Source: an uncultured delta proteobacterium (GTDB taxonomy: Bacteria > Myxococcota > Myxococcia > Myxococcales > Anaeromyxobacteraceae). Taken from it: a stretch of DNA of 64,000 nt. Below are positions 34,476 to 46,440 of the stretch, piece after piece (position 1 is the first letter of the stretch; each line of letters starts with the position of its first letter). The stretch spans positions 608,001-672,000 of the forward strand of contig CAVYBH010000012.1 in assembly GCA_963766715.1 (NCBI GenBank), written 5' to 3'. Below the pieces are notes generated by a model. The model did not search any database. It had not been told where the DNA came from and saw nothing but the letters and a program-made list of their open reading frames with translations. The position numbers and the translations under genes were made by a program.

Positions 34476-36605
34476 CTAGAAGGGGACGTCCTCCTCTCCA
34501 CCCCCTCCTTCGTCCTCCTTCCCGGAAGCGAAGAGCCTGGGCATGGCCATGGCACCTGCAATGGGTTGGGCGTCCGGGCCGGGCCCCAGGGCCGGCGTCC
34601 CCGGACCCTCGTCGAGCTGCCAGCGCTCGTAGACGGCCGGCTCCCCGGGCAGCTCCTCCAGGAAGCGGGAGGCCTTCAGCACGACCCGTTCCCGGTCCCG
34701 CGGCGCCGCGACGAGGGGGTGGCAGAGGGTCAGCTCGTCCCGGGCGCGCGTGCAGGCCACGTAGAAGAGACGCCGCTCCTCCTCCTCGCCGTCCGGGTCG
34801 CGGAGCGCCTGGGCGCTCGGGAAGCGACCGTCGGCCAGCCACACGACGAAGACCGCCCGCCACTCGAGCCCCTTCGCCTGGTGGACGCTCGACAGGACCA
34901 TCTTCTCGTCCGGCTCCTCCCCTTCGGCCACCGTCTCGGCGGTCAGCTCGGTGAGCAGCGCGATCTCGGAGAGGAAGGCCTCCCCGTCCTCGTAGCCCCG
35001 GGCGTAGTCGGCCAGCTGGCGGATGTCCTCCACGCGGGAATCGGCGTTCAGGAATGCGGTCCGGAGGTACTCCTCGTAGCCGCCGTCGAGGACCTTCTCG
35101 ATGCACTCCCCGGGGAGATCGCGCGTGGGGGCCCGGGTCAGGGAGCGGAGCAGCTCGGCCGCCCGCCGGTAGCCGTCCCGCGCCTTCGGGGGGACGTGCG
35201 AGGCCACGTCGGGCGACAGCAGCTCGTCCGCCGAGCCCGCCCCGCCCCGCCGGCGCGCCGCCAGCGCGTTCCACACCAGGTCGGCCGTCATGCTCCCGAT
35301 CCCCGGAAAGAGCTTGAGCACCCGCTTGAGCGCCAGCTCGTCGCCCGGGTTGTGCGCGAACCGGAGGTGGGCGAGCACGTCCTTGATGTGGGCGGCCTCG
35401 AAGAACCGGACGCCGCTGCGAACCACGAACGGAATGCCGCGCCGGGCCAGCTCGAACTGGATCTCCATCGAATGATGGTGGGCCCGGTAGAGGACGGCGA
35501 TCTCCGGGAGCGGGAAGCCCTCGTCCCGGAGCTCGAGGACCCGCTGCGCCACGAAGGCCGCCTGCTGCTCCACGTTCCTGCAGGGAACGAGGCCGGGCAG
35601 CGACCCGGACGGGCGCACGCTGCGCAGCTCCTTCGGGAACTGCTTGAAGTTGTTCTCGATGGACGCGTTGGCGAGCTCGAGGATCTCCGGGGTGGAGCGG
35701 TAGTTGACGGTGAGGTGGAACCGGTGCGCGTCCGGGTAGCGCTTCTCGAAGTCCAGGATGTTCGCGAAGTGGGCGCCGCGGAACGAGTAGATGCTCTGCG
35801 CGTCGTCGCCGACCACGCACAGGTTCCGGTGGTGCGAGGCGACGAGGTCCACCACGTCGCCCTGGAGGCGGTTGGTGTCCTGGTACTCGTCGACCAGCAC
35901 GTGGCGGAATCGCTCGGCGAGGAGGCGCCGCACGGGCTCGTGCTCGACGAGCAGCACCTTCCAGTTGAGGAGGAGGTCGTCGAAGTCCATCGCGTTCATG
36001 CCGTGCTTCCGCTCGGCGTAGCGGCGAGCCACCCGGAGGATGTCCTCCACGAGCGGCGCGAACTGGGGCCGCCGGTCGATGACCACGTCGGCGAGCGGGG
36101 TCTGGGTGTTCACCGCCATGGAGACGAGGTCGATGAGGACGTCGGCCTTCGGGAACCGCCGCGCGCCGACGGCCAGGCCGCAATCGGCGATGGAGGCGCT
36201 CATCACGTCGCGCCCGTCCTCCCGATCGAGGATGGAGTAGCCCTTCTCGTAGCCGAGCAGCGGGGCGTGCTCCCGGAGCACCCGGTGCGCCACGTGGTGG
36301 AAGGTGCCGCCCCAGATCCGGCGGGTGTCGATGCGCGCCACCTCCTCGACGCGCCGGAGCATCTCGCGGGCCGCCTTGTTGGTGAAGGTGAGGAGGAGGA
36401 GTCCCTCGGGATCGAGCCCGTCGTGGAGCAGGCGCGCCACCCGCCAGGTCAGCGTCCGGGTCTTTCCGGAACCGGCGCCGGCGATGACGAGGAGCGGGCC
36501 GTCCGGCGCCTCGACCACCGCCTGCTGCTCGTCGTTGAGCGCACCGCCGGCATCGAAGGCGCGGGGCGCACCGGCGGCAGGTCGCAGCTGGTAGCGGCGC
36601 GTCAT
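34476..36605 (-). CDS. UvrD/PcrA/Rep superfamily 1 helicase
   Basis: AGAGSGKT, LVDEYQDTN, VGDDAQSIYSFRGA, NYRS, HQAKGLEW and EERRLFYVACTRA. Confidence 0.95.
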   Translation of the reverse strand: MTRRYQLRPAAGAPRAFDAGGALNDEQQAVVEAPDGPLLVIAGAGSGKTRTLTWRVARLLHDGLDPEGLLLLTFTNKAAREMLRRVEEVARIDTRRIWGGTFHHVAHRVLREHAPLLGYEKGYSILDREDGRDVMSASIADCGLAVGARRFPKADVLIDLVSMAVNTQTPLADVVIDRRPQFAPLVEDILRVARRYAERKHGMNAMDFDDLLLNWKVLLVEHEPVRRLLAERFRHVLVDEYQDTNRLQGDVVDLVASHHRNLCVVGDDAQSIYSFRGAHFANILDFEKRYPDAHRFHLTVNYRSTPEILELANASIENNFKQFPKELRSVRPSGSLPGLVPCRNVEQQAAFVAQRVLELRDEGFPLPEIAVLYRAHHHSMEIQFELARRGIPFVVRSGVRFFEAAHIKDVLAHLRFAHNPGDELALKRVLKLFPGIGSMTADLVWNALAARRRGGAGSADELLSPDVASHVPPKARDGYRRAAELLRSLTRAPTRDLPGECIEKVLDGGYEEYLRTAFLNADSRVEDIRQLADYARGYEDGEAFLSEIALLTELTAETVAEGEEPDEKMVLSSVHQAKGLEWRAVFVVWLADGRFPSAQALRDPDGEEEERRLFYVACTRARDELTLCHPLVAAPRDRERVVLKASRFLEELPGEPAVYERWQLDEGPGTPALGPGPDAQPIAGAMAMPRLFASGKEDEGGGGEEDVPF

Positions 36606-36697
36606 CGAGCCCGGAATCGTAGCAGCGCGGTCCGACACCCCGATATCGCCGGGCCCGGGAAATGGACGGCGGCCTCGTCGTGGGTAGCATGGCGCTC

Positions 36698-37363
36698 ATG
36701 GCGGCATCTCGCGCGTTCCTCCTGGCAAGCCTGGCGATCGGTTCCCTCGCCTGCGCCAGCACCGGGGGATCCCAGGCCCGCCGACCCCTGCCCCCGCCCG
36801 CCGGTGATGGCCGGGCCGGTGCCCGCGAAGCTCGCGGCGCCGGCCCGGCACTCGCTTCGCAGGCGGCGCCCGCCCCCGAGCTGAAGCCGGACGTTCGCCT
36901 CGCCGTGGACGCGGCCCAGTCCCTCGTCGGCCACCGCGAGGTCGTGGTGGACGGCCGCAACTACGGTCCGGGGTGCACCGCGCTGGTCCGCGCCGCCTTC
37001 GACCACGCCGGCAAGCCCCTTCCCGCCGACGCGAAGAGCGCGGGCGCCCTGCTCGAGGTGGCTCGCGGGCGCGGCGCGCTGCGGACCGGGATCCGCTTCG
37101 CTCCCGGAGACGTCCTCTTCCTGGCCGACAAGCCGGGCGGCGCGCCGGCCCACGTCGGCCTGGTCGCGCGGGTCGATCCGGACGGAACCGCCCTCGTCCT
37201 CCACCGGCTCGCCCGCGGCGTGACCCGGATGCGGGTCAACCTCGGCTATCCGGCGCGCGTCGCCGACCCCTCCACCGGCAAGCGGCTGAACGACACGCTC
37301 CAGGTGGGCCAGAGCACCGCGCCGGCGGGGAGTCTCGTCGTCGGCGTCGCCACGCTGCTCTGA
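36698..37363 (+). CDS. NlpC/P60-CHAP-like lipoprotein
   Basis: Lipobox SLAC; GCTALV, PGDVLF and HVGLV match the Cys/His pattern. Confidence 0.7.
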   Translation: MAASRAFLLASLAIGSLACASTGGSQARRPLPPPAGDGRAGAREARGAGPALASQAAPAPELKPDVRLAVDAAQSLVGHREVVVDGRNYGPGCTALVRAAFDHAGKPLPADAKSAGALLEVARGRGALRTGIRFAPGDVLFLADKPGGAPAHVGLVARVDPDGTALVLHRLARGVTRMRVNLGYPARVADPSTGKRLNDTLQVGQSTAPAGSLVVGVATLL

Positions 37364-37382
37364 GCCGCGGCGCCCTCGCGCC

Positions 37383-38724
37383 TCACGAACGGGGCTTCAG
37401 CCGGGGCAGGTAGCCACCTGGCCGCGCCGGCGGCTCTCCACCGCCCACGTCCACGCGAGACACCGCAGCACGCGGCGGCGCAAGGATCTCCGCCTTCGCC
37501 TGCTTGGCCGTCTCGTGCTCCCCGTTCTCCGCCAGCAACTCGTCGAGGACCCGGAGTGCCTCCCCTTCCCGCCCGTCGGCCTGCAGGGCCCGCGCGAGGA
37601 GGAGCCTGGCCCGCAGGAGCCGGGGATTCCGGGCGGACGAGGCTGCCGAGCGCCGCGAGGTCGGACTCCCCGCGGGCGCCCGCCGCCAGGCTCCGGGCCA
37701 TCTCCACCCACGGGTCGCTGGCGTCCAGCCGGGCGGCCTCCCGCACGGTCAGGCCGAGGGCGGGATCGCCGAGGATCGCCTGTCGGACGGCCTTCACCCG
37801 CAGCGAGGAGAGCGGGCTCGCTCCGGACTTGCGGGCGATCTCCTCCGACGCGGCGGCAGCCGCGAACAGCTCCCGCCCACGCTCCTCGATCGGTGCGGCC
37901 TCCCGCCTGGCGTCGCCGAGGCGCAGGGCGATCTCGTCTCGCCGCCGCTCCCAGCCCGGAGCGCGGACCTCGCCTTCCCGGAGCGACTGGGCTTCCAGGG
38001 TGCGGATCCGCTCCCGGAGCGGCGCAAGCTCGTCGCGGGCGTCCGCGGCCAGCCAGAGCATCGCCAGCGACCGGAGGGCGGCTGCGTCCCCGGCGTCCTC
38101 GGGCGATGCCCGGGAGGCGACCCGCTCCAGGCTCGCCCGGTCGTCCCGGGCCAGCAGCGACTCGAGCGTCCCCGGGCGGGAGGACGCCGCGGCATCGGCG
38201 CGCTTCCGGGTCGCGAACCAGGCCGCCGCCAGCGCCGCGGCCAGGAGCAGCACCACGAGAAGGATCCAGGGCCATCGCGCTGGCGCCGTCGAGGCGACCG
38301 GTGGGGCCACCGTCACCCGTGCGGGAGAGGGCCGGTGGGTTCCCGGAGGCGCAACCCTGGCCTCGGCCGCACCCGTCGAGGTCGGAGCGGGTGGGGTCGC
38401 GGCGACGTAGCTCGCCGTCTGCTCGGGCGTCGTCCCCCTCGAGAAGTCGAAGACGGCGGTCCGCTCCTCCGCGGGGACCGGCCGCCCGGCGTCGGCCGGG
38501 ACCGGGACGGCCGCGGGCGCGGGAGCCACCGCGGGCGCGGGGGGCGCGGCGGGCGCAAAACGGCTGTCCCCTGGAACCCCGGACGGGACGGCCGCCACGG
38601 ACCCCGGCGGAACGGCGCGAAACACGTGCTGGCAGCGCGTGCACTTCACCTGCGCGCCCCGCGCGGGAAGGCGCTTCTCGTCGAGCTCGTAGACCGTTGC
38701 ACAGCTCTCGCAGCGAATCCGCAA
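37383..38724 (-). CDS. Zinc-ribbon (MJ0042-type) bitopic membrane protein with TPR-like C-terminus (apparent frameshift near 37630)
   Basis: CESC...[10 protein letters not shown], Pro/Ala linker, one TM segment, helical repeats. Confidence 0.8.
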
Positions 38725-38770
38725 GACACCCTCCCAGGCGAGGAAGACTAGCCCATGGCCGCCGGCGCGG

Positions 38771-39166
38771 CTACGGCGGCGTCACGCGGATCCACGGCCT
38801 CGCCCTCTCCATCCGGACCGGGCCAATCCCGCGGACGCGGCGCAGCGAGTCGGGCGACGCGAACGCCCCGTTCTCCTCCCGGTCCCGGACCACCTCGGCG
38901 GCAAGCCCCGACCCGATCCCCGGCACCGCCGCCAGGTCCTCCGCCGACGCACGATTGAGGTCGAGCGGCCGGCCCAGCAGGACGAGCTCCAGCCCCGTGA
39001 GCGGCCTCGGCAGGCCAGGGTCCCCGCGGCAAGCGATCCAGTGCCGCGGGGGCACGCCGCGCCCCTCGGCCTCGCAGTCGCGCGGCGCCCCGGCCGGGAG
39101 GAGCCGCCATGCCGTCGGCGCGAGGCAGGCGAGGACCAGGGTGGCGACCGCGAGGCGCTCGACCAT
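38771..39166 (-). CDS. ComEA-like helix-hairpin-helix protein
   Basis: [18 protein letters not shown] and LRRVRGIGP. Confidence 0.85.
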   Translation of the reverse strand: MVERLAVATLVLACLAPTAWRLLPAGAPRDCEAEGRGVPPRHWIACRGDPGLPRPLTGLELVLLGRPLDLNRASAEDLAAVPGIGSGLAAEVVRDREENGAFASPDSLRRVRGIGPVRMERARPWIRVTPP

Positions 39167-39256
39167 GCGGAGGGGTCGCAGCAAACGCCGCGCCAGCGGC
39201 CCGGGGTGGGAATCGGCCGGGAAACGTGCGAGTTATCCGGCCGCGGAGAGGTGACC

Positions 39257-40764
39257 ATGACCAGCCTGACCATCGACGGAGAGAGCCTCACCCTGGAGCA
39301 GATCGAGGGCGTCGCGCGTGGCAGGACCCGCGTCGCGCTCTCCCCGCTGGCCAGGCAGCGCGTCGCCGCGGCTCGGCGCCTCGTCGAGGCCCGCCTCGAC
39401 GACGGCGAGGCGCATTACGGGATCAACACCGGCTTCGGCACGCTCGCCGAGGTCCGGATCCCGCGCGCCGATCTCGGAAAAGCTCCAGCGAAACCTGGTG
39501 CTCTCGCACGCCGCCGGCGTCGGAGCCCCCCTGTCCCTCGAGGAGACCCGCGCGCTCGTCCTCCTGCGGGCGAACGTGCTCGCCAAGGGGCACAGCGGCA
39601 TCCGGGAGGAGACGCTCGACCTCGTCCTCGCGCTGCTCGAGCGGGACTGCATCCCCGTGGTCCCCGAGCGCGGGTCGGTCGGCGCCTCCGGGGACCTCGC
39701 GCCGCTCGCCCACCTCGCACTCCTCGTCATCGGCGAGGGCGAGGCGTGGGTCGGCGGCCAGCGCCTGGCCGGCCGCGAGGCGCTCGCACGGGCCGGGCTG
39801 CGGCCCGTCGTGCTCCAGGCCAAGGAGGGCCTGGCGCTCGTGAACGGCACCCAGGCCATGGTGGCGGTCGGCGCGCTCGCGCAGGTCCGGGCCGATCGGC
39901 TGGCCGCCCTCGCCGACCTGGCCGGCGCCATGACGCTCGAGGGGCTGCTCGGGTCGCACCGCCCCTTCGTCGCCGAGATCCAGAGCGTGCGCGGCCAGCC
40001 CGGCCAGATCGCCGCCGCCGCGCACCTGCGCGAGCTCCTCGCCGGATTCGCCGCTCAACGCGTCGCACCAGGGCCCGGACTGCCACAAGGTCCAGGACCC
40101 CTACTCGCTGCGGTGCATGCCCCAGGTCCACGGCGCGGCTCGCGACGGCCTCGCCTTCTCCCACGGCGTCCTGGCCCGGGAGGCCAACGCCGCCACCGAC
40201 AACCCGCTCGTCTTCGCCGACCAGGGGGACATCGTCTCGGGCGGCAACTTCCACGGGCAGCCGGTGTCGCTGGCGCTCGACGTGCTCGCCATCGCCGCCT
40301 CGCACCTCGCCACGATCTCCGAGCGGCGGGTCGAGCAGCTCGTGAACCCGATGCTCTCCGGGCTGCCCCCGTTCCTGGCCCGCAACCCCGGGCTCGACTC
40401 GGGCTACATGATCGCCCAGGTCACCAGCGCGGCGCTGGTCTCCGAGAACAAGATGCTGGCCCACCCGGCCAGCGTGGACTCCATCCCCTCCTCGGCCGGC
40501 CGGGAGGACCACGTCTCGATGGGCATGACGGCGGCCCTGAAGGCGCGCTCCGTGATCGAGAACGTCCGCACCTGCCTCGCCATCGAGCTGCTGGTCGCGG
40601 CCCAGGCCGTGGACCTTCGCCGGCCGGTGCTGCCCGCGCCGCGCGTCGCCGAGGCCCACCGGCGGCTCCGGGACGCAGTGCCTCACCTCGACGAGGACCG
40701 CGAGCTACACCGGGACATCGAGGCGGTGTGCCGCCTCGTGGACGACGGCGCGCTGGACTTCTAG
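39257..40764 (+). CDS. hutH: Histidine ammonia-lyase (apparent frameshifts near 39475 and 40050)
   Basis: [27 protein letters not shown] (MIO), [14 protein letters not shown] and SGGNFHG. Confidence 0.93.
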
Positions 40765-42155
40765 CCGGCCTCGACCGGCGGGTGGAGGCAGAGCGCCTCG
40801 TTCAGGGCCGCCACCGCCCGCTTGTAGTCGTCGCGTCCGATGACGAACTGCATGTTCGTCTGGCGAAGCGACTGCGAGACCGCGTTCACGTTGATCCGCT
40901 GATCGGCCAGCGCCTGGGTGGCCCGGGCCAGCACGCCCGGGAAGGCGATGTTGGTCCCGATGGCGCAGACGATGGCCGAGGGCACCACGGTCACCCGCTC
41001 GTAGGCGTTCTCCAGCTCCTCCAGGAAGGGCGCGGTCACGGAACGGTCCCAGACCACCTGGGTGATCGAGTTCGCGTTGGTGGCCTTGAGGATGTAGCTC
41101 ACCCCGTGCCGCGCGAAGACCTCCATCACCTTGGCGTCGAACCCGACGGTCCCCACCATCGAGGGATCGTGGATCTCGATGGCCGTCACCTTGGGCGAGC
41201 CGGCGATGACCTCGATGCGGGCCTTGGTGCCCACGTACTGCTTGGTGATGAGCGTGCCCGGATGGTCCGGCTCGAAGGTGTTCTTCAGGCGGATGGGGAT
41301 GCCGGCCAGCTCCATGGGCTTCGCGGCCTTGGGGTGGATGGCCTCCATGCCCACGTCGGCCAGCTGGTCGGCCACGTCGTAGTTGGTCATGCCCACCACG
41401 ACGGTGTTCTTGGCCCCCACGATCTCGGGGTCGGCCGACGACAGGTGGAACTCCTTGTGGATGATGGCCTCGCCGGGGCGGAGCTCGACCGCCACCTTGC
41501 TGAAGGTGACCTCGGAGTACCCGCGGTCGAACTCCCGCATGATCCCCTCGACGCCCTTCGTGTAGCCGGTCACCACCACCACCTGGCCGGCGACGTCCAC
41601 GCCCTGGAAGGACTTGTGGATGCGCTCGTCGATGGAGAGCGGGTCGTCGTCGTCGAAGCCGGACAGGTCGAGGAGCTGCGCCTTCACGCCCCGCGCCTGC
41701 AGGATGGCCACGCTGTTGAACGCGCTGTGGGCCTCGCCGATGGCCGCGAGCATCTCCCGGGCCGCGAGCAGCACGTTGTCGCGGCGAACGTACCCGCTCG
41801 CCAGCACGTGGCGCATCGAGTCCAGGTAGGCGCGCAGCTCCTTCATGCGCCGGTCGAGGAAATCGTCGGCCACCGCCACGTCGAGCCCCAGGGGCGCGAA
41901 GCCGGCATTGATCTGCTTCAGCTTCGCGAGCAGGACCTCGAGGGCCTGGTGGTAGTCGTCGCCGGAGGCGAACTTGGCGTAGATGCCCGGAACCCCGGAC
42001 TTCTTGTGCTCGAGCAGCTCGTTCGTCACCCCCGCGTAGGCGGAGACGATGTAGACGCGACCGGTCACGTGGCTCGGGTCGCGGAGCATGATGTTCTTGA
42101 GCACGTCGTCGAACTTCGACATCGACGTGCCGCCAATCTTCTCGACGGTGATCAT
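40761..42155 (-). CDS. ask: Aspartate kinase, ectoine-associated (Ask_Ect) type
   Basis: [49 protein letters not shown] and GMEAIHP. Confidence 0.85.
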   Translation of the reverse strand: MITVEKIGGTSMSKFDDVLKNIMLRDPSHVTGRVYIVSAYAGVTNELLEHKKSGVPGIYAKFASGDDYHQALEVLLAKLKQINAGFAPLGLDVAVADDFLDRRMKELRAYLDSMRHVLASGYVRRDNVLLAAREMLAAIGEAHSAFNSVAILQARGVKAQLLDLSGFDDDDPLSIDERIHKSFQGVDVAGQVVVVTGYTKGVEGIMREFDRGYSEVTFSKVAVELRPGEAIIHKEFHLSSADPEIVGAKNTVVVGMTNYDVADQLADVGMEAIHPKAAKPMELAGIPIRLKNTFEPDHPGTLITKQYVGTKARIEVIAGSPKVTAIEIHDPSMVGTVGFDAKVMEVFARHGVSYILKATNANSITQVVWDRSVTAPFLEELENAYERVTVVPSAIVCAIGTNIAFPGVLARATQALADQRINVNAVSQSLRQTNMQFVIGRDDYKRAVAALNEALCLHPPVEAG

Positions 42156-42227
42156 CTGGGCGTCCTGGAAGGGTCCTGAGAGGGACGCCGAAAAAATCAC
42201 GAAGCGGCGCCAGGGGCAAGTTCGACG

Positions 42228-43323
42228 CTAGAGGCCCCTGCCCCGGACCGCCAGCCGGACCGCACGCCGGAGGCCGGCCCACGGAAGCCTCGCCTCGGCC
42301 TCTTCCGGGGAGAACCAGCCCCACTCGCAGTGCTCCTCGGAGAGGCGCGGCTCGAAACCCTCGGGCAGGCGGGCCACGAAGGCGGTCTCCCGCCCCGTGC
42401 GCAGCCCCGGCCCCACCCGACCGGCCAGGGTCGGGGTGAGGGCGAAAGCCGTGCACGTAGCCGAGCGCCGCGACCGGCAGGTCGGCGCCGGTCTCCTCCC
42501 GCAGCTCCCGGTGCGCCGCGGCTGCGGCCTCCTCCCCCGGCTCAATCCGGCCGGTGACCTGCTGCCAGAACCCACCACGGTCCGCCGTACGGCGAAGGAG
42601 CAGGACCCGGCCGTCCGCGCCGACCGCAGTCACGGAGATGGTCTGCAGGTCGAAGCCCCGGTCTTCCCGGTCGCGCTCGAGGGTCGCGGCGAGGTGCCCG
42701 GCCAGCCGCTCCTCGACGTCCGGGAGCGCCGGCACCGGGCGACCCTCCCGGCGAAGCTCGGCGGCGAGCGTCGTCACGCCCAGGCCGGGGTCGCCGATGC
42801 CGCACGGCACGATGGCGCCGAAGTGGGCGAGATCGGCGTCGACGTTGAGGGCAAGGCCGTGGGTGGAGATCCAGCGGGAGAGGTGCACCCCCACCGCCCC
42901 CACCTTCCGGGAGCCGATCCAGGCGCCGCGGTGCTCGGCGTGGCGCCCGGCCGCGATTCCCCAGTCGGCGCAGGTCCGGATCATCGCCTCCTCGAGCGCG
43001 GCCACGAACTTCCGGACGTCCGGCTTCGCCGAGAGGTCCACCACCGGGTAGGCCACGATCTGGCCGGGCCCGTGGTAGGTGACGTCCCCTCCCCGGTCGG
43101 TCTCGTGGACCTCGAAGCCCTGGAGGGCAAGCCACTCCGGCGAGGCCACCACGTTCGAGCCATCGGCTCCCCGGCCCAGCGTCAGGACCGGCGGGTGCTC
43201 GAGGAGGAAGAGCCAGTCCGCGTCCGGATCCCGGGCGCGAACGCGTTCGGCCGCGAGCCGCATGAGCTCGAGGCCGTCGGCGTACTCGACCCGGCCCAGC
43301 TTCTGGACCCGCAGCGACCGCAC
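42228..43323 (-). CDS. lipB: Octanoyltransferase LipB fused to a C-terminal NUDIX domain (apparent frameshift near 42445)
   Basis: [29 protein letters not shown] and IVPCG, then in frame [13 protein letters not shown]...[10 protein letters not shown] and LSEEH. Confidence 0.9.
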
Positions 43324-43330
43324 GGGTCGC

Positions 43331-44783
43331 CTAGCCTCCCGCCGGCGCCCCCGCGGCCGACTTCTCCCGGCGCGGGCGCTCGGGGCGGTTCACGGCGTGG
43401 ATGGCCTCGCCCAGGGCCGCCTTGCAGGCCTCCATGAAGGCCTCGGCCAGGGTCGGGTGGGCGTGGATGGTGAGCGCGACGTCCTCGAGATACGCGCCCA
43501 TCTCGAGGGCCAGGGTGGCCTCGGCGATCAGGTCGGAGGCCTCCGGCCCGACGATGGTGACTCCGAGCAGCAGCTTCGAGTCGCGATCGGCCACCACCTT
43601 CACGAAACCCTCGGTGTGGTCGATGGCGATGGCCCGTCCCAGCGCGGCGAAGGCGAACTTGCCGACCAGGGGATCGAGCCCCTTCTTGCGCGCCTCCTCC
43701 TCCGACAGGCCGGCGGTCGCCACCTCGGGGTCGGTGAAGATGGCCCCCGGGATCGCCACCCAGTCGCGCAGCGACTTCTTCCCGGCGATGACCTCGGCCG
43801 CGGTCTCTCCCTCCCTGGACGCGGTGTGGGCCAGGAACGGAGGGCCGATGACGTCGCCGATGGCGAAGATGGACGGAACGTTCGTCTGCAGCCGGTCGTC
43901 GACCTGGATGAACCCGCGGGCGTCCAGCTTCACGCCCGCCTTGTCGAGGCCGAGCCCCTCGGTGGTGGCGCGGAAGCCCACCGCCACGAGCACCTTGTCG
44001 GACTCCACGACCTGTTCCTTCCCCTCGACCTCGACGGTCACCTGGAGGGAGGCGCCGTTTCGCCGCTGCCCCTTCGCCTTGGCGTTGACGAGGACCTCGA
44101 CGCCTCGCTGACGCAGCCCCTTCTGGACGATGCGGACCGCCTCGGGATCCACCCCGGCGAGCAGCGACGGCAGGGCCTCCACCACCGTGACCTTGGAGCC
44201 GAGCTTGGCGTAGACCGTCCCCAGCTCGAGGCCGATCACGCCCCCGCCGATCACCACCAGCCGGCCGGGCACCTCGGGCAGGTCCACCGCCTCCTTGGCG
44301 CTCCAGACGTCCGGTCCGAACTCGAAGCCGGGGATCTGGATGGTCTTCGCGCCCGTGGCCACGATGAAGGCCGGCGCCTCGACGCGCGTCTTCTCGCCGC
44401 CGGCGTCGACCTCGATGGCGGTCGGCCCCACGAAGGTGGCCGTGCCCTTGAGCACCTCGACCCCGTTGCCCTTCTCGAGCTGGCCGATCGCCGCCGACGA
44501 GCTTCTTCACGACCTCCCGCTTGAAGGCGCGGAGCTTGTCCACGTCGACCCGGGGCGCCTCGACGAGGATGCCGCGGTCGGCAGCCCCCCGGATCTCGTC
44601 CACCAGGTTGGCCGCGGCGATGAGCGCCTTGGAGGGAATGCAGCCCCAGTTGAGGCACACGCCGCCGAGGGACTCCTTCTCGACGAGCGCCGTCTTCTTC
44701 CCGAGCTGCGCCAGGCGGATGGCCGCCACGTAGCCGCCCGGCCCGCTCCCCACCACCACCGCGTCGAAGGTCTTCGTCGCCAT
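43331..44783 (-). CDS. lpdA: Dihydrolipoamide dehydrogenase (apparent frameshift near 44490)
   Basis: [32 protein letters not shown] and HAHPTLAE. Confidence 0.95.
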
Positions 44784-44793
44784 CGTCTCTCCT

Positions 44794-45654
44794 CTATTTC
44801 CTGGATATAGCGCGCTTGCGGCGTCTTGCCTGCTCCGCATCCGCGAGTACCGGCGGGGTACGGGGGCGTACCCCGGTGATCCCCTGGACCACCGCGCCCG
44901 CCGCCGCCAGGCCGAACACGCCCGTCACGAAGGCCACGCTCCCGTAGCACCTGGGCTCCCGGCGGCGAGACGTCTCCGGCCGCGGCCGGGTGCCCGGGAT
45001 GCCCTCCTCGTCCCCCGGCAGCGCGAGGGTCTCCCGCGGCTCCTCCACCGACCAGACGGCCTGGACGCCGAGCGGCGCCGTGGCCGAGATGGCGTGCCGG
45101 CGCCGCAGGTACTTTCGAACGTCCTTCGCGAGCTGGTCGGTGTGGGTCTCCGCCAGGTCGGTGACCTGGACCGCGGTCGGGTCGATCCTGCGCGCCGCGC
45201 CGAGCACCGTCACCACCGGGATTCGCAGGTCCAGGCAGCGCGCGATCACGTGGAGCTTCGCGACGACCGTGTCCATCGCGTCGACCACGTAGGACGCGCC
45301 CGGGGGAACCAGCGCCTCGGCGGTCTCCGGGCCGTACGGGTGGCAGACGGCCTCCATCCGGGCGTCCGGCGCGACCTTGCCCAGCCGCTCCGCGAGCACC
45401 TCCGCCTTGAACCGCCCGTACTCCCCGTCCAGGGCGTGGAGCTGCCGGTTGGCGTTGGTCTCCTCCACCCGCTCCCCGTCGACCAGGGTCAGGTGTCCCA
45501 CGCCGCCCCGGGCGAGCGCCTCGGCCGCGAAGGAGCCCACGCCCCCCAGGCCGAGCACGACCACGTGCGCCACGGCCAGCCGGTCGACGGCCTCGACTCC
45601 GAGCAAGCGGGCGTTGCGGTCCACCCGGCGCGGGATCCTGGGACGGGCGGTCAC
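44794..45654 (-). CDS. tcdA: ThiF/E1-like tRNA threonylcarbamoyladenosine dehydratase (TcdA-like)
   Basis: [27 protein letters not shown] and FVTGVFG; in frame with the upstream TatD as given. Confidence 0.72.
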   Translation of the reverse strand: MTARPRIPRRVDRNARLLGVEAVDRLAVAHVVVLGLGGVGSFAAEALARGGVGHLTLVDGERVEETNANRQLHALDGEYGRFKAEVLAERLGKVAPDARMEAVCHPYGPETAEALVPPGASYVVDAMDTVVAKLHVIARCLDLRIPVVTVLGAARRIDPTAVQVTDLAETHTDQLAKDVRKYLRRRHAISATAPLGVQAVWSVEEPRETLALPGDEEGIPGTRPRPETSRRREPRCYGSVAFVTGVFGLAAAGAVVQGITGVRPRTPPVLADAEQARRRKRAISRK

Positions 45655-46437
45655 GGAGGCAGGGAGCCGGAAGAGACGCCGGGCGTTGGCGGAGGTGAGC
45701 GCGTCGAGCGCCGCCGGGGTGGCGCCGGCAGCCCGGGCCACGGCCGCGAGCACGAGGGGCAGGTGGGCGGGCTCGTTCCGGCCTCCCCGGTGCGGCCGGG
45801 GCGTCTGGTCGGGCGCGTCGGTCTCCACGAGGAGCCGATCCGGCGCGACGGCCCGGGCGGCGGCGAGCGGCTTGCGGGCCGACTCGTAGGTGACCGGGCC
45901 CGCGAACGAGAAGTGGAGGCCGAGCCCGGCGAGCGGGGCCACCTGCTCGGCGCTCCCGGAGAAGCTGTGGAGGACGCCGCCGGAAGGGACGCCGGCCCGC
46001 AAGAGCGCCGCGCGCATGGCGTCCCCGGCGCGCAGGGAATGGAGGATCACCGGCAACCCGAGGCGCCCCGCGATCTCGAGGTGGCCCCGCAGGACCGCCA
46101 GTTGCCGGTCGAGCGATGCACCCGCCGCTGCGGTCGGGCCATCGAGACCGCATTCGCCCACGGCGACCGCGCCGCCCCGGGCGAGCAGCGATTCCAGATC
46201 CGCGAGGTGGCGATCGTCCGAGCCGGGATCGAGATCCGGGAGGGCCTGGGGATGGATGCCGAGCGCCACGTGAATCCCCGGGTCGGAGGCGGCGAGCGCG
46301 AGCAGCCCCGCCCAGCCGGACGGATGGACGGCAGGGACGATCAGGTCGGTCACGCCGGCTTCCCGGGCCCGGGCGAGGACCGCATCCCGGTCAGCGTCGA
46401 AGGCGGCCGCGTCCAGGTGGCAGTGGGAGTCGATCAC
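45651..46437 (-). CDS. TatD family hydrolase
   Basis: IDSHCHLD, GIHP, VGECGLD, LHSFSG, VETDAPD and RNEP. Confidence 0.9.
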
Positions 46438-46440
46438 CTG

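Noticed and set aside
32803..36960. 1385-aa ORF suggesting a giant Hsp70 fusion
   Set aside because: The upstream part is an off-frame reading of the helicase gene; Hsp70 motifs begin only after the ATG at 34413.
40705..43323. 872-aa LipB ORF extending over the aspartokinase
   Set aside because: Caused by the frameshift near 42445; the NUDIX C-terminus ends at 42228 in another frame.
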